From assembly GCA_051294375.1 (NCBI GenBank), contig CM119263.1, forward strand, positions 29,505,134 to 29,568,592: DNA of 63,459 nucleotides, in the 5' to 3' direction. The DNA is from Paraspadella gotoi. Taxonomy: Eukaryota; Animalia; Chaetognatha. The notes beneath the pieces are model-generated. The model was not told where the DNA came from. It did not search any database and saw only the letters and a list, made by a program, of their open reading frames with translations. How positions within the stretch are numbered: position 1 is the first letter of the stretch; each line of letters opens with the position of its first letter. Position numbers and translations under genes: made by a program. Of the stretch, positions 45,601-56,600 are shown one piece after another.

Positions 45601-46257
45601 CTTCCTTTGCAAAAAGATAATGAAATTTTTATTGAGGGAAGAGAAAAAATTGTAATTAAGCAAGAAAAAGTGTTCGCTTTAATTTCTGTCGGAAACATCA
45701 AAAAACTACTTCGTTCAAAGAAAAAAAGCAACTTTCTGATTTCCAACTCCTTGGGAGACACGTTATCTGACGAAGACTGGGTTTTCGATGGATCGACGCT
45801 GCGGGCAGAAAAAATCAGGGAGCTTAAGATCTCTCTCGTAAGCAGAGAAAGATTCCAGATGCAAGAGATGGAACTTGAAGCAAACTGTGATTTGACGATC
45901 GCCGAGCTCGTCGCTAAAGCCGTAGAAAAATTGCCCCTTGACTTCAAGAAAAAGATCAAATTGATGAGGTTGCGAAGTTCGTACGATAGGTTGCTGGATC
46001 CTAAGAAGACCCTGGAGGAGCAAGCCGTCNNNNNNNNNNNNNNNNNNNNNNNNNNNNNNNNNNNNNNNNNNNNNNNNNNNNNNNNNNNNNNNNNNNNNNN
46101 NNNNNNNNNNNNNNNNNNNNNNNNNNNNNNNNNNNNNNNNNNNNNNNNNNNNNNNNNNNNNNNNNNNNNNNNNNNNNNNNNNNNNNNNNNNNNNNNNNAG
46201 AACAAATCAGAGGGAAGCGATGAAGATGTGATCGAATGTGGCGATTTGTTTGAGTAG
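42606..46257 (+). CDS. Multidomain protein: 2x DZIP3-type HEPN-like, IRE1/RNase L-like kinase, KEN-like RNase, ubiquitin-like; frameshifted in this assembly (sequencing errors or pseudogene)
   Basis: Exons 42606(ATG)-43118, 43432-43938 and 44231-46257, joined by phase-1 introns (donors GTAAGA, GTAAGT). Kinase motifs: VVFEG..VAIK (44343-44354), HQNLIHF, MEKCEATL, GLAYLH...VHRDIK (HRD 44654), GDFGVSK (DFG 44730), YRSPELL, FALGCTL..GKHPF, LILAM...RPTA...H. Next comes NWLK...KYDIAQASELRRCLR.TSSH (KEN-like), then ELKISLV...LTIAEL...MRLRSSYDRLLDPKKTLEEQAV (Ubl-like). Confidence 0.7.
43432..43938 (+). CDS. Intact exon encoding a DZIP3-type HEPN-like helical domain (copy 2)
   Basis: Open 507-nt phase 1-1 exon. 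The pattern YRWFRINIAIQDGGRNMLKQL...SQIKVI...FEFINVFFLYDVI...IDESKFNSLFDDLFKICKSL resembles DZIP3-like HEPN consensus by eye; no Rx4-6H motif. Confidence 0.55.
44300..45125 (+). CDS. IRE1-like protein kinase domain with multiple indels
   Basis: Subdomains II-XI are readable across frames, with IRE1-like features (FDRHQNLIHF, CEATL, HPF...NI, RPTA). Confidence 0.85.
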
Positions 46258-46565
46258 TTGACGCTGCATCGAAAAAATTTGTGTGTGACTATATCTGTAT
46301 GTATTCAATCATTAAATTTTTTGAAATTTAAATAGGTATGTCTTTATTGTTTATACCTATTATCTAGTATTCAAAAAGATTCAATCTTAAAGTTAACTTT
46401 TTGAGCGGAAAACTAAAAAAATAAGATCGGTTCATCAATGTGCATTGGAATTACGTCTTTTATTCCTTGTAGTTTTAGAATTTCTTGAAGGCGGCGCAAA
46501 CAGTCACTAAGATTCAATGTTTTTTTCCTGTCTTTACAAATAAGCAACCAACTATAGACGCCACG

Positions 46566-47145
46566 TGACTTCAGAAAAAGGATCAATATTCATGAGGTTG
46601 CGAAGTTCGACGATAAAGGTTGCTTGGATCGCTAGAGAGGATTTTGTGATATGCCCTGCTGGGTTGGGAAGCGTCTGTGAGGGGATGCAGAGATGGGGCT
46701 AGTCGCGTCTGAGTGTTATCGGACGATGGGAGTCGTTCTCCTGCTGTTTATGCCTTTCGATTCGGCAGGAGAAGATGAAAGAGGAGAACACAATCAGAGG
46801 ACGATGACAGAATGTGATGAATGGCCGCGGTTTGTTTGAGTAGTTTTGTTGACGCTGCCGCATGAATCATAACATTTTGTGTGTGACTATATCTGCTGTA
46901 TCTGATCATTAGACTTTTTTGAAATTAAATAGTATGTCTTTATTGTTATCATATTACTAGTATTCAAAGATTCAATCTTAAAGTAACTTTGGAGCGGAAA
47001 CTAAAAAAAAGATAGTTCATCAATGTGCATTGGAATTACGTCTTTTTTTTTCTCTTGTAGTTTAGAATTTCCTGATAGGCGGCGCAACAGTTCACTAGAT
47101 CATGTTTTTCCTGTCTTTTAAAATAAGCCAACCAACTATAGACGT
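46566..47145 (+). other. Error-rich duplicate of 45938-46560 (3' end of the kinase-KEN-Ubl gene)
   Basis: Shared strings gacttca..aaaa, tgaggttgcgaagttcg, tttgtttgagtagtt, caatgtgcattggaattacgtc and caaccaactatagacg, with scattered 1-bp indels. Confidence 0.8.
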
Positions 47146-48690
47146 TGAAAGTGATATTCAAAAATTGGAATTCAAATTTCGTTCGGATCCGTTACGGACT
47201 TTCTACTTCATTGTCGAGAAACCGCTAGGATGAAATTCTTCAAAACCTGACAGAATGGATTGGACTAAATTAATGTATTTAATTTTCAATTCTGACTGTT
47301 TTATTTAGTTTAGAAAAGTCATTGACGTTTTCAATGTGTTCATGTTCATTTAATAACCGCACCTTTTTACTATGTAAAATTTGAATTTTTTATGAACCAT
47401 ATCGAAATAAAAAATCTTCGGTCTGAATATTTCACCAAAATTTAGCGTCAAAGATGGGAGAAAATTTGAATCAGAAGTTGCAGGTAAACCTCAATGTGAA
47501 CAGAAGCACTAAGTTTCTAGGGATATAAGTTCACCGCCTTTGTATCAAGCGATTTATTAACACTAGTTTCAACTAATCAAAGTAATCTTGTTAGCTGAAA
47601 ATACCTCAGATTTTGAAAATCACCCAGGATCACTAGAGACTAGATCACTAAGATCACTGACTCCAACTCCCACATGTTGATGGAGCAGGCGTGACATGGC
47701 TGAAATATAGCACCTTTTTTACAAAAAGATGGTTGTGGAGAATGGCACACCAGATGATGAACAAAAATGGAATCNNNNNNNNNNNNNNNNNNNNNNNNNA
47801 ACTTTCTCATCAAAAACAAGTGCTGTGTAACTTACCTTTTCCCTTTTATCATGAAGCCTAGACATCTTTTTACTTCATTTTTTGTAATGGGGTAACATTA
47901 ATTAGATGAATCCGATTGTAGAAGCAAATATGTTTTAGATTACTGTGAAAGGAGCACATTATGAGCATACACTAAGTCACTTTTGCATAAATCTGGTACT
48001 TTTTAAAAAAGTCAAGGACTTTTCTATCAAATGATGTATAATAAGTTAACTGAGTAAGAAATTTTTATTTTGTGCCATCCGTTCTGAGTCACGGGGTAAG
48101 ACATTTTTTCTTCTTAACTAACAAAATTAAAGGTCAAAAGGTCAAATTTCTTCCTCCTCAACTCATAACAATAAAAACATTTCATAACAAATAAAATCGA
48201 GGGAGAGAGAGCAAAAAATGGTGCGAGGGAAAAGAGATATAACGTCAGAAAATCATAACAGATCATTTTTTAACANNNNNNNNNNCCGACATGGAACAAA
48301 AAATCAGGTTTAAAAATCGCGAATTTCTGGATTCTTACTTCTTGTTCTCTTTCTTCGGTTTCATATCTCATCCTATCTCTTTCCTATTCATTCCTATCTC
48401 ATATCTCTTTCCTATTTATTCCTATCTCTCTCCTTTCTCATTTTTGATTTAACCTTCCATATTCTTTTTCCCTTTTTTCGTTCTTCTCGATCACGAAATT
48501 TTTTCCGCTCTATCTTTCCAATCTTCTTTTTCTATCTTTTTCTATTCTTTTTCTATCTTTCCAATATTCTTTTTCTATTCTTTTTCTATCTTTCCAATCT
48601 TCTTTTTCTATCTTTCTCCTTTTCTTTTTTCAACTGAGTTCCTCTCTCTCACTTCCTTCTTCTCCCACTCCCTCTATTTTAACCTTCCTT

Positions 48691-48842
<152 letters not shown>

Positions 48843-50372
48843 CCTCCGCAGTCTCAAAGAAAGGAACTTAATCAATCCGCGCAAAAAATCTCGAACAAAA
48901 GACGCGATTTTGGATCCGAATCACGTGCGCGTACGACGAGCGTGCACTTCCAGGCGATTCACACGTACGCACGCACGCCAGTCCAGGAGCGGGTTTACGT
49001 GCGCATGATCGACCGAAAGACGGTCTGCGTGTAAATTTGGGCCAAACGTAGAAAAATGATAGCACCGGTTGGAGGCCCCGGTTGCTTGGTTAACCAATAA
49101 AAAAATTTTGTAAAATGGGTTAACGGTTAGTAAATTANNNNNNNNNNNNNNNNNNNNNNNNNNNNNNNNNNNNNNNNNNNNNNNNNNNNNNNNNNNNNNN
49201 NNNNNNNNNNNNNNNNNNNNNNNNNNNNNNNNNNNNNNNNNNNNNNNNNNNNNNNNNNNNNNNNNNNNNNNNNNNNNNNNNNNNNNNNNNNNNNNNNNNN
49301 NNNNNNNNNNNNNNNNNNNNNNNNNNNNNNNNNNNNNATCTCTCCACCCCGCAGGAATTTAACACACGAAGGGGAGGACAGTCTTATTACATATTAGTTT
49401 TTATTTAACTATTAATTAATGGTAGAGGCAACATAATTTATTTATCGGAGGCAGGGACCAAGAAGACGGGTTTAATTGTATAATGATAATTGAGGATGAG
49501 ACCCTGAAGGAAGAGAGAGAGAGAGAGAGAGAGAAGGAGAGAGAGAGAATCGCTAAACGAAGGTTAAAAATATCGTCTTCGCTCGATCGTTTATAAAAGC
49601 GATTTTCTCTTTTCAAAGTCGATCGTCGTTTGACCCTCGATTTGCTCGTTGCAGACGGCAATGGCAGGTGGACTTGTGCAAGAGGTCAGACCAAGAGGTC
49701 GCAATGAGGATCTAAAATTAGCGACGCATCGGATTTGAGTCTTTGAGGTCAAAAGTCGAAAAAGGTTTTTCGTGGATGAATTTATGACCATTTCTTCTTT
49801 AGCTTTTTATTGGGAGAAATTTTCTGGCAATGAGATGGCAAAAGTCGGTGGCAATTGCCAGTTTATACGGATCTTAAAACGATTGTTAGATAAACGAAAA
49901 AATGCACGACGTCTAAAGGATATTTTCGTCAAACATTTATTTCGATTCGAATTTCGTTGCGTTTGACTTCATTTGTTTTTGTCCGTCGAATCCTTTTGCT
50001 TGAGGCTCCATTTAGGGGACATCGTCGTCGTCGTCATCGTCGTCGTTATGATCGTCGTCGTGGTTTTCGTTGTCGCTGGCGTCCGTGTTGCTCTCATCGT
50101 CATCATCGTCGTCGTCGTCGCCTTTCTTATGGCTGTTGTTGTCGTCGTCGTCGTTTTCGCCGTCGTATTGAACGTCGTCGTTGCTTTCGTTATCGCTGGA
50201 ACTTTCTGTCGTCGTTATCGTCGTCAACATCGTCGTCGTCTTCGTCGTCATCATCGTCCTCGCCTTCGTCAAAATTTCATTTTTGTCAATTATCATACGA
50301 ATCGATTTTTCTCTTTTGTTTATTAAATCGACGGATTTTTTCCGTATTTTTTTTCCCGACTTCGATATTATC

Positions 50373-50453
<81 letters not shown>

Positions 50454-50857
50454 GTCGTCGTCGTCGTCGTCATCATCATCATCGTCATCGTCATCGTCGT
50501 CGTAGTCATCCTCTTCCTCGTCATATCACTCGTCAAGTGTCACCGAAATTTCCTTTCATGGTAATAAAAGCTTTCTCGTCATCATCATCNNNNNNNNNNT
50601 CATCATCATCATCTAACAAATAAACTCCTGATCGTTATTTTCTTCATAGTCGTCGTCGTCGTCGTCGTCGTCGTTGTTCTCTCTCCCCCACTCCCCCCCT
50701 CTCTCGGCTGAGAAATAAAACGGTTGAAGCCTTTTTTTCCAAAACATTTGAGGATGATATTTTTTTCTCGCTCGTTGACTTTTAATGGGCGAATTGGTAA
50801 ACAAGGAAATGGGGCGAAAGTTTATAAAAAATAAACAGAAAATAAACAAGGAGACGA

Positions 50858-50900
<43 letters not shown>

Positions 50901-51041
50901 TCATCATAATAAGAAAGTCGAGGAAGACGACAAGTGACGTGAACGACAACGACAACGACAACGACAACGATTAATGTGATTCTGTTTCGGGTTTTAGTTT
51001 GTGAATTTAAATTGAGCTCGAAATTACTCTAATACATACAC

Positions 51042-51555
51042 TAAGGCGTAGTAAAATTTCTAAATTTAACTTTAATTAAAATTCTAAAAGTGAGGAACGA
51101 ACAACATTATACTAATGAACATTTATGTAATAAAAAAATTTATAATAAATTTTACAATTTACGCAGTAGGCCATATTTATACTAGTACTAAACCAATAAA
51201 TGTTAAAATTTCAAAACAGTTTTTTCTAAGATTTTTTTGCAGATTTGGATTCGTCATAAAAAGTTGATAAAAAGAAATATAACTCTTTTTGAAAAATTCC
51301 TTCATTAAGTGGGTCAAAAAATTAGAAAAAGCTATATTTTAAGCTGAAAATTAACTTTTTATATATTAAATATAGTTTTTTTTAATTTTTATAATAATAA
51401 ATAAATTTTATAAGGATAGTACTATATATAAATATAGCCTACTGCGAAAATTAAAAAACATAAAATAAATTTTTTTTACAAATTAAAGTTCACTGATGGT
51501 ATGTTGTTCATAATTGACTTTTAGAATTTTCGTATGTAACTTTCACTACGCCTTA
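51042..51555. mobile_element. hAT-like MITE with ~150-bp TIRs and an 8-bp target-site duplication
   Basis: TSD ACATACAC at 51034-51041 and 51556-51563; ends TAAGGCGTAGT / ACTACGCCTTA; inverted similarity continues through cgcagtagg and tagtacta. Confidence 0.85.
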
Positions 51556-51582
51556 ACATACACTACGGTTTTTATTATTTAA

Positions 51583-52445
51583 GGGGACCAAGTGAACAGG
51601 GGGGGTAAAAAGCTGAAAACATAACATTTGACCCTTTAATTTAAGTTGGTTCTGACCATATAATTTTTTCTTTTTTAATCATTTGGGAAAGTAGTTAAAA
51701 AATTCGATAAAATCAGCGAGCTTAATTTTCTTTAAAAAATCGGTAAGAAGAAAATTTTTTTTTTCCAAAAAAGGGTAAGATCTAAATTTAAAAAGATTTT
51801 CAGCTTTTATCACAAAAATTTATAAGAAAAAAAACTAGGAATGAATCAAAATTTAAAGTATCGACTGATTTTATTTAAACTTTCTTTTCAAATGATTCTG
51901 TTAATTGGATGAAAATAAAACTCTTTAAGGTAATATAAATATAAAAAGAAGAGAAAGATTCTTTATTTTTGCTAAATTTTTAATTATTATAATTAGGAAT
52001 CAATATAGTTTAATAATACATTTAAGGGATGAATATGAATATTAATTAATAATTATTACAGTTTTGTTTCTGTAAGAATAGAATTTAGGTTTGATTTGTC
52101 TGCTTTTAAGTAAATATAAAAATAAAAAATATTAGTCTTGTAAAGCCTTTGTTCAATGAGGCTTAAACCTAAAACTGTAGCCTTGTACAGTAAAAAATAA
52201 AAAAATTGGAATTTAGTAAAAAATACTTTCTAATGCAAAAATAAAATAATGGATTATATAAATATTTAGGTAGGGTAAACTAAATGTTTTTTTCATAATT
52301 ATTAAATTTTTGTTTCCGCTACAATAAGAGATAGGAATTTTTTTGCCACTTTCCCGTACAAAGAAAAATTAATGACTATCACCATTCAAATTCCTTTGAT
52401 GATAGACCCTTAAGCTTATGATATCATTTTTATCACTGGGTCCCC
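51583..52445. mobile_element. Kolobok-like non-autonomous DNA transposon
   Basis: TTAA|GGGGACCAAGTGA ... TCACTGGGTCCCC|TTAA. A TTAA TSD with purine (GG) termini fits Kolobok rather than piggyBac. Confidence 0.75.
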
Positions 52446-54984
52446 TTAAGAAAACTATAAATTACAGNNNNNNNNNNNNNNNNNNNNNNNNNTCGTCTGG
52501 GGTCACTGTGACCGACCGTAGTCCAAAGCACGAGCGCAAGGGACCGAGCTCGTGGGAAGAAATCAGAGCACATTAGGTTTTTTGCTTGCAATATTTGAAC
52601 GGAGGGGGTAGATCGAGTTGAAAAGAGGTTATGAGAAACGACGAAAAGATTTCAATATTTAGTTATGTCCTAAATTTTTTTTCGTTGAGCGGCGACGAGG
52701 GAGTTTTTATTTTATAATATTAATTTATTATAGTACTTCTGCGAAAGCAGAACTACGTTTAAGTGACCGCACCTCGCCCCTGATTGATTGTCCAAAAAAC
52801 GTTGGGAGTTTCTGAAATTTTTATTAAAGAAAGTGGCGGGCGGTACGCCGTTGAAACGGAAGGGCAAACTTGTAAGTTAGTTTGTCTATTTCTGTTTCCG
52901 CACGGCCGATTCCCGTCTTTTACAGTTTTAACGTTTCCTAATGCACGTCACTGTTCTCATGTGTGAAATGTCAACGGGTTCTCTATTCGTTGGGGCGGGG
53001 CAGCATTTAAAGAGTGCGAAATATTTGGGAACGGGACCGCTGAAAAGGAACGTCAATTGGTTCTGCTGTGCTCACAGACGTTTAACGGTAGCTGGTGGAC
53101 CATATCTTGTTAGCACAATTAAGAATCTCGTCGATGGAGGGACGCTAGCGGCGAGTCGAATCGAGGCTGTGGAGGGAGCACTGCCACCCGGTGCTTGGTT
53201 ACCAATAAAAAAAATTTTGTAAAATGGGTTAACGTTAGTACACTTAATAGTTAATACGATTGGTATCAGGTTTAAGGGTCAAATTATAAATATTTACGGG
53301 GTTAAGGTACGATAATTATTGTTAAATGATTAAGTGGTGCGCTGAACGATCATTCGTAGCGTCCACGGGATTTGACGGTTTCTCGAGATGAGGAGTGTCT
53401 GGACATTCTGAAATACGTTTATTTTAATCACCTCTCGTCTCTCTCTCGCACATCATGATTACGTGCGTGTCAGATCTGACATCTCACGGTAACGATGACA
53501 CGAATAAACAAAGGTTCTCTTACACTGCATCCTCACAAGGTTGCATGACAATCATTAATGGTTTCAATAAATTAATTTGAGAAGAGTTTTCCTTCTCTCT
53601 CTCTTCTCTTCTTCTGAGTTCTTTCGGGTGTTTCAAGGTTGAAATGCCCTCGAGCTTCTTTAGCCATTTCTTGGACCATCCAATCTATACTTCCGCTCGG
53701 TTCTTCCTGCTCGGTCATTGGTCATTACCTACAGGTTGAAGTAAGTCTGTGATTGGCATTCTGGATGATATCGTGAAGGGAAGAGACCGAGCCAATCAAC
53801 GATCACTGTGCAGGTGGAGAGGCACCGTATGTTATAGGTTCCATTCCGTTGATGATACTGATATAATGTAATCACTCTGGGTGTGAATCCTTATTCTCTT
53901 CGGTCGCGTATGTAATCGAAAAGCTCATGAAATGTCTCTCAGTCAGAATAATTTCTTTTTAACTACATTGACTCATTGCGTAATCTATCAAATATCAATG
54001 ATATCATTACTCCTTAATATCAATGATCCCAATTTATATCACAACACACTCTACAACTATACCAATCCTCTTTCCCCATATACGCTGCTTTCCCGATCTT
54101 CCCTCGTAGCGATCCTCACACAGTGTGCTTTCCAATTCCTCCTCTCAACAACGTAAAGATCTCTCGCTATTCCAAGGTCTGCCATTCTCCGAAATATCTT
54201 CATTTACCCCAGCCCACTTAAGACCTCAACGGACGTATAACACACGTGGTATGCTGGGCGCCCGTGAATACGTAGGGAGATGGCCTCTACCTCGAGTCGA
54301 ACGTTAATAGTTAACTAAACTGAATATGTCCACTCTCCAAGGTATATGTCGTGCGCATATGTGTGTTGAAAATATTGTTCCGGGCGAGAGCAGTCTTTTG
54401 ACGTAGTTTTGTCCGGATTCCTTGTCGTCGCAAGCCGTCGCTTACAAACAGCCGAGGGCCGTTACGAGGACCAAAGAAGTGTTTGTATCTGTCGACGGGC
54501 AGCCGGGCGCCGTGAGCCTTTGATCTGTCAGAGCGGAGATTATTTTAAAAGCCCGCGGATTTGATGGGAATATCTCACACCGAGTGGTATCCGTTGTTGT
54601 CCAATCGAGGAAAAGACTCATTCGGCAATCGTCGGTTTGACCCCTCCGCACCGTTTCGCGGACAACGAGAAAAGGAAATTCCTAAGGGAAGACGACAGTC
54701 GATTCTGAAGTGGCTCGTGGATGCTATCAGGGCAGACGATTTTTAGAAGGAGACTGTAAGGAGAAGAAACAGTCAATCTGGTTTTATATCGGTGTTGATT
54801 TGCCATTTGATTTGCAGGCCAAGAGTATAGGTATGATTTTTCGAAAAGTACATCTCACTCTTGATAAATGAGGTTCGCAGGAGCATGTATTCATTAGACA
54901 TTTAATTATAGATTTTTGGGACGCGATGAAACGTATATCAAGCTCCTGTAGTCTTTTAACATATCTGAACACGTCAAAACTATC

Positions 54985-56600
54985 GAAGTAGGTCGAAAAA
55001 AGGTTTTAATAACACCTCGTGGATGAATTTTATGACCATTTCCTTCTTTACGACGACCTACTTTTTGTATTCCATTTTATTTCTGAAGGTTGAAGACAGC
55101 CAAAAAATTAATCGTCTGCGGGTCCAGAGCAAGGCAAAGACTGTTTTCCTCCGAACGGTATTGTCGAGTGTCCATAGAGCACACAAAAGTCGGTAGGAAT
55201 TGCCAGTCTTATACAACCGCGACCTCTTTCAGTAAACCACCGAAGCAATTGTACCTAGATAAACGAACAAAATGCACACACGACGTCTATAAGGCCACTT
55301 CACAAAAGAACTTCTGTTTACGTCGGGACAAACATTATCCGTTTCGATCCGAAAGTTTCGTTGCGGGTCCGCGACCTTAATGAGCTCTTCATTTTAGTGC
55401 TGTTCGGTTCGAGTGTCGAACACCGTTTTGGAGAGGCGAATCCTTTTGCTTGAGGACTCACCCGCACCTTCCTCGGGGGACAGTCGTCGTCGAGTATGTC
55501 AATGTCGTCGCTTACGTGAAATCGCTGCGTCGGGGTTAGTGACGCGTTGTAGTCTTAGTGACGTCGCGCGGCTGTATGCGTCCGCACATCCCGTCCGATC
55601 CAAGTGAGGCACGGAGCGGTACGGTGTCGCGCAGCCTGGAGATCGTGTTATTGGCGGCTGGAGTTGTCGTCGTGACGGTACACGTGTCTATATCGCACGT
55701 CGTATTGAACGTCGTCGTTGCTTATCGTTATCGCGTGATGGAACTTGCTGTCTAGTCGTTTGATCGTCGTCAACATCGCGTGTCTTCGTCGTCATCACGT
55801 CCTCGCCTTCGTCAAAATTTCATTTTTGTCAATTATCATACGAACTGCGATATTTTCTCATTTTGTTTATAATCGACGGATTTTTTTCCGTATTTTTTTC
55901 CCGACTTCGATATTATCTTCATCATCATCATCATCACATCATCATCATCATCATCATCTATCATCATCATCATCATCATCATCGTCGATCGTCGTCGTCG
56001 TCGTCTCAATCATATGTCATCGTCATCGTCGTCGTAGCCATCCTCTTCCTCGTCGTATATATCACTCGTCAAGTGTCACCGAATATTTCCTTTCATGGTA
56101 AATAAAGCTTGCTCGTCATGCTACCATCAATCATCATCATCATACATCATCATCATCAATACATCATCTAAAAATAACATCCTGATCGTTATTTTCTTAA
56201 TAGTCGTCGTGTCGTCCGTCGTCGTCTCGTTGTTTCTCTCTACTCCCCCCTCGCCCCCTGTCTCGGTTGGAGAAATATAAATATCGGTTTGAAGCCTTTT
56301 TTTCAAAAACATTTGAGGATGATATTTTTTTCTTCTCGCTCGTTGACTTTTAATTGGGCGAATTGGTAAACAAGGAAATGGGGCTGCGAAAGTTTATAAA
56401 AAATAAACAGAAAATAAACAAGGAGACGAACGACGAACGACGAAGCGACGACGACGACGACGACGTAGATCATCATTAATAAGAAGAGACGAGGAAGACA
56501 GAGCAAGTGACGTGAACGACAACGACAACAGACAATTCTTAGTAGAACAACGAACAACGACTTCAGAGATGTGATGTATCTGGTTTTCTTCGGTTTTAGC
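54985..56600 (+). other. Error-rich duplicate of ~49755-50990
   Basis: Colinear shared strings (cgtggatgaattt.atgaccatt, cgccttcgtcaaaatttcattttt, aacatttgaggatgatattttt) with dense insertions. Confidence 0.8.

Noticed and set aside
42606-46257. Canonical IRE1 or RNASEL orthologue
   Set aside because: No luminal domain, TM helix or ankyrin repeats are visible, and the kinase-KEN is highly divergent and on one exon. No gene symbol assigned.
49957-50564. Poly-Ser/Ile/Met ORFs
   Set aside because: (CAT)n and (CGT)n microsatellites.
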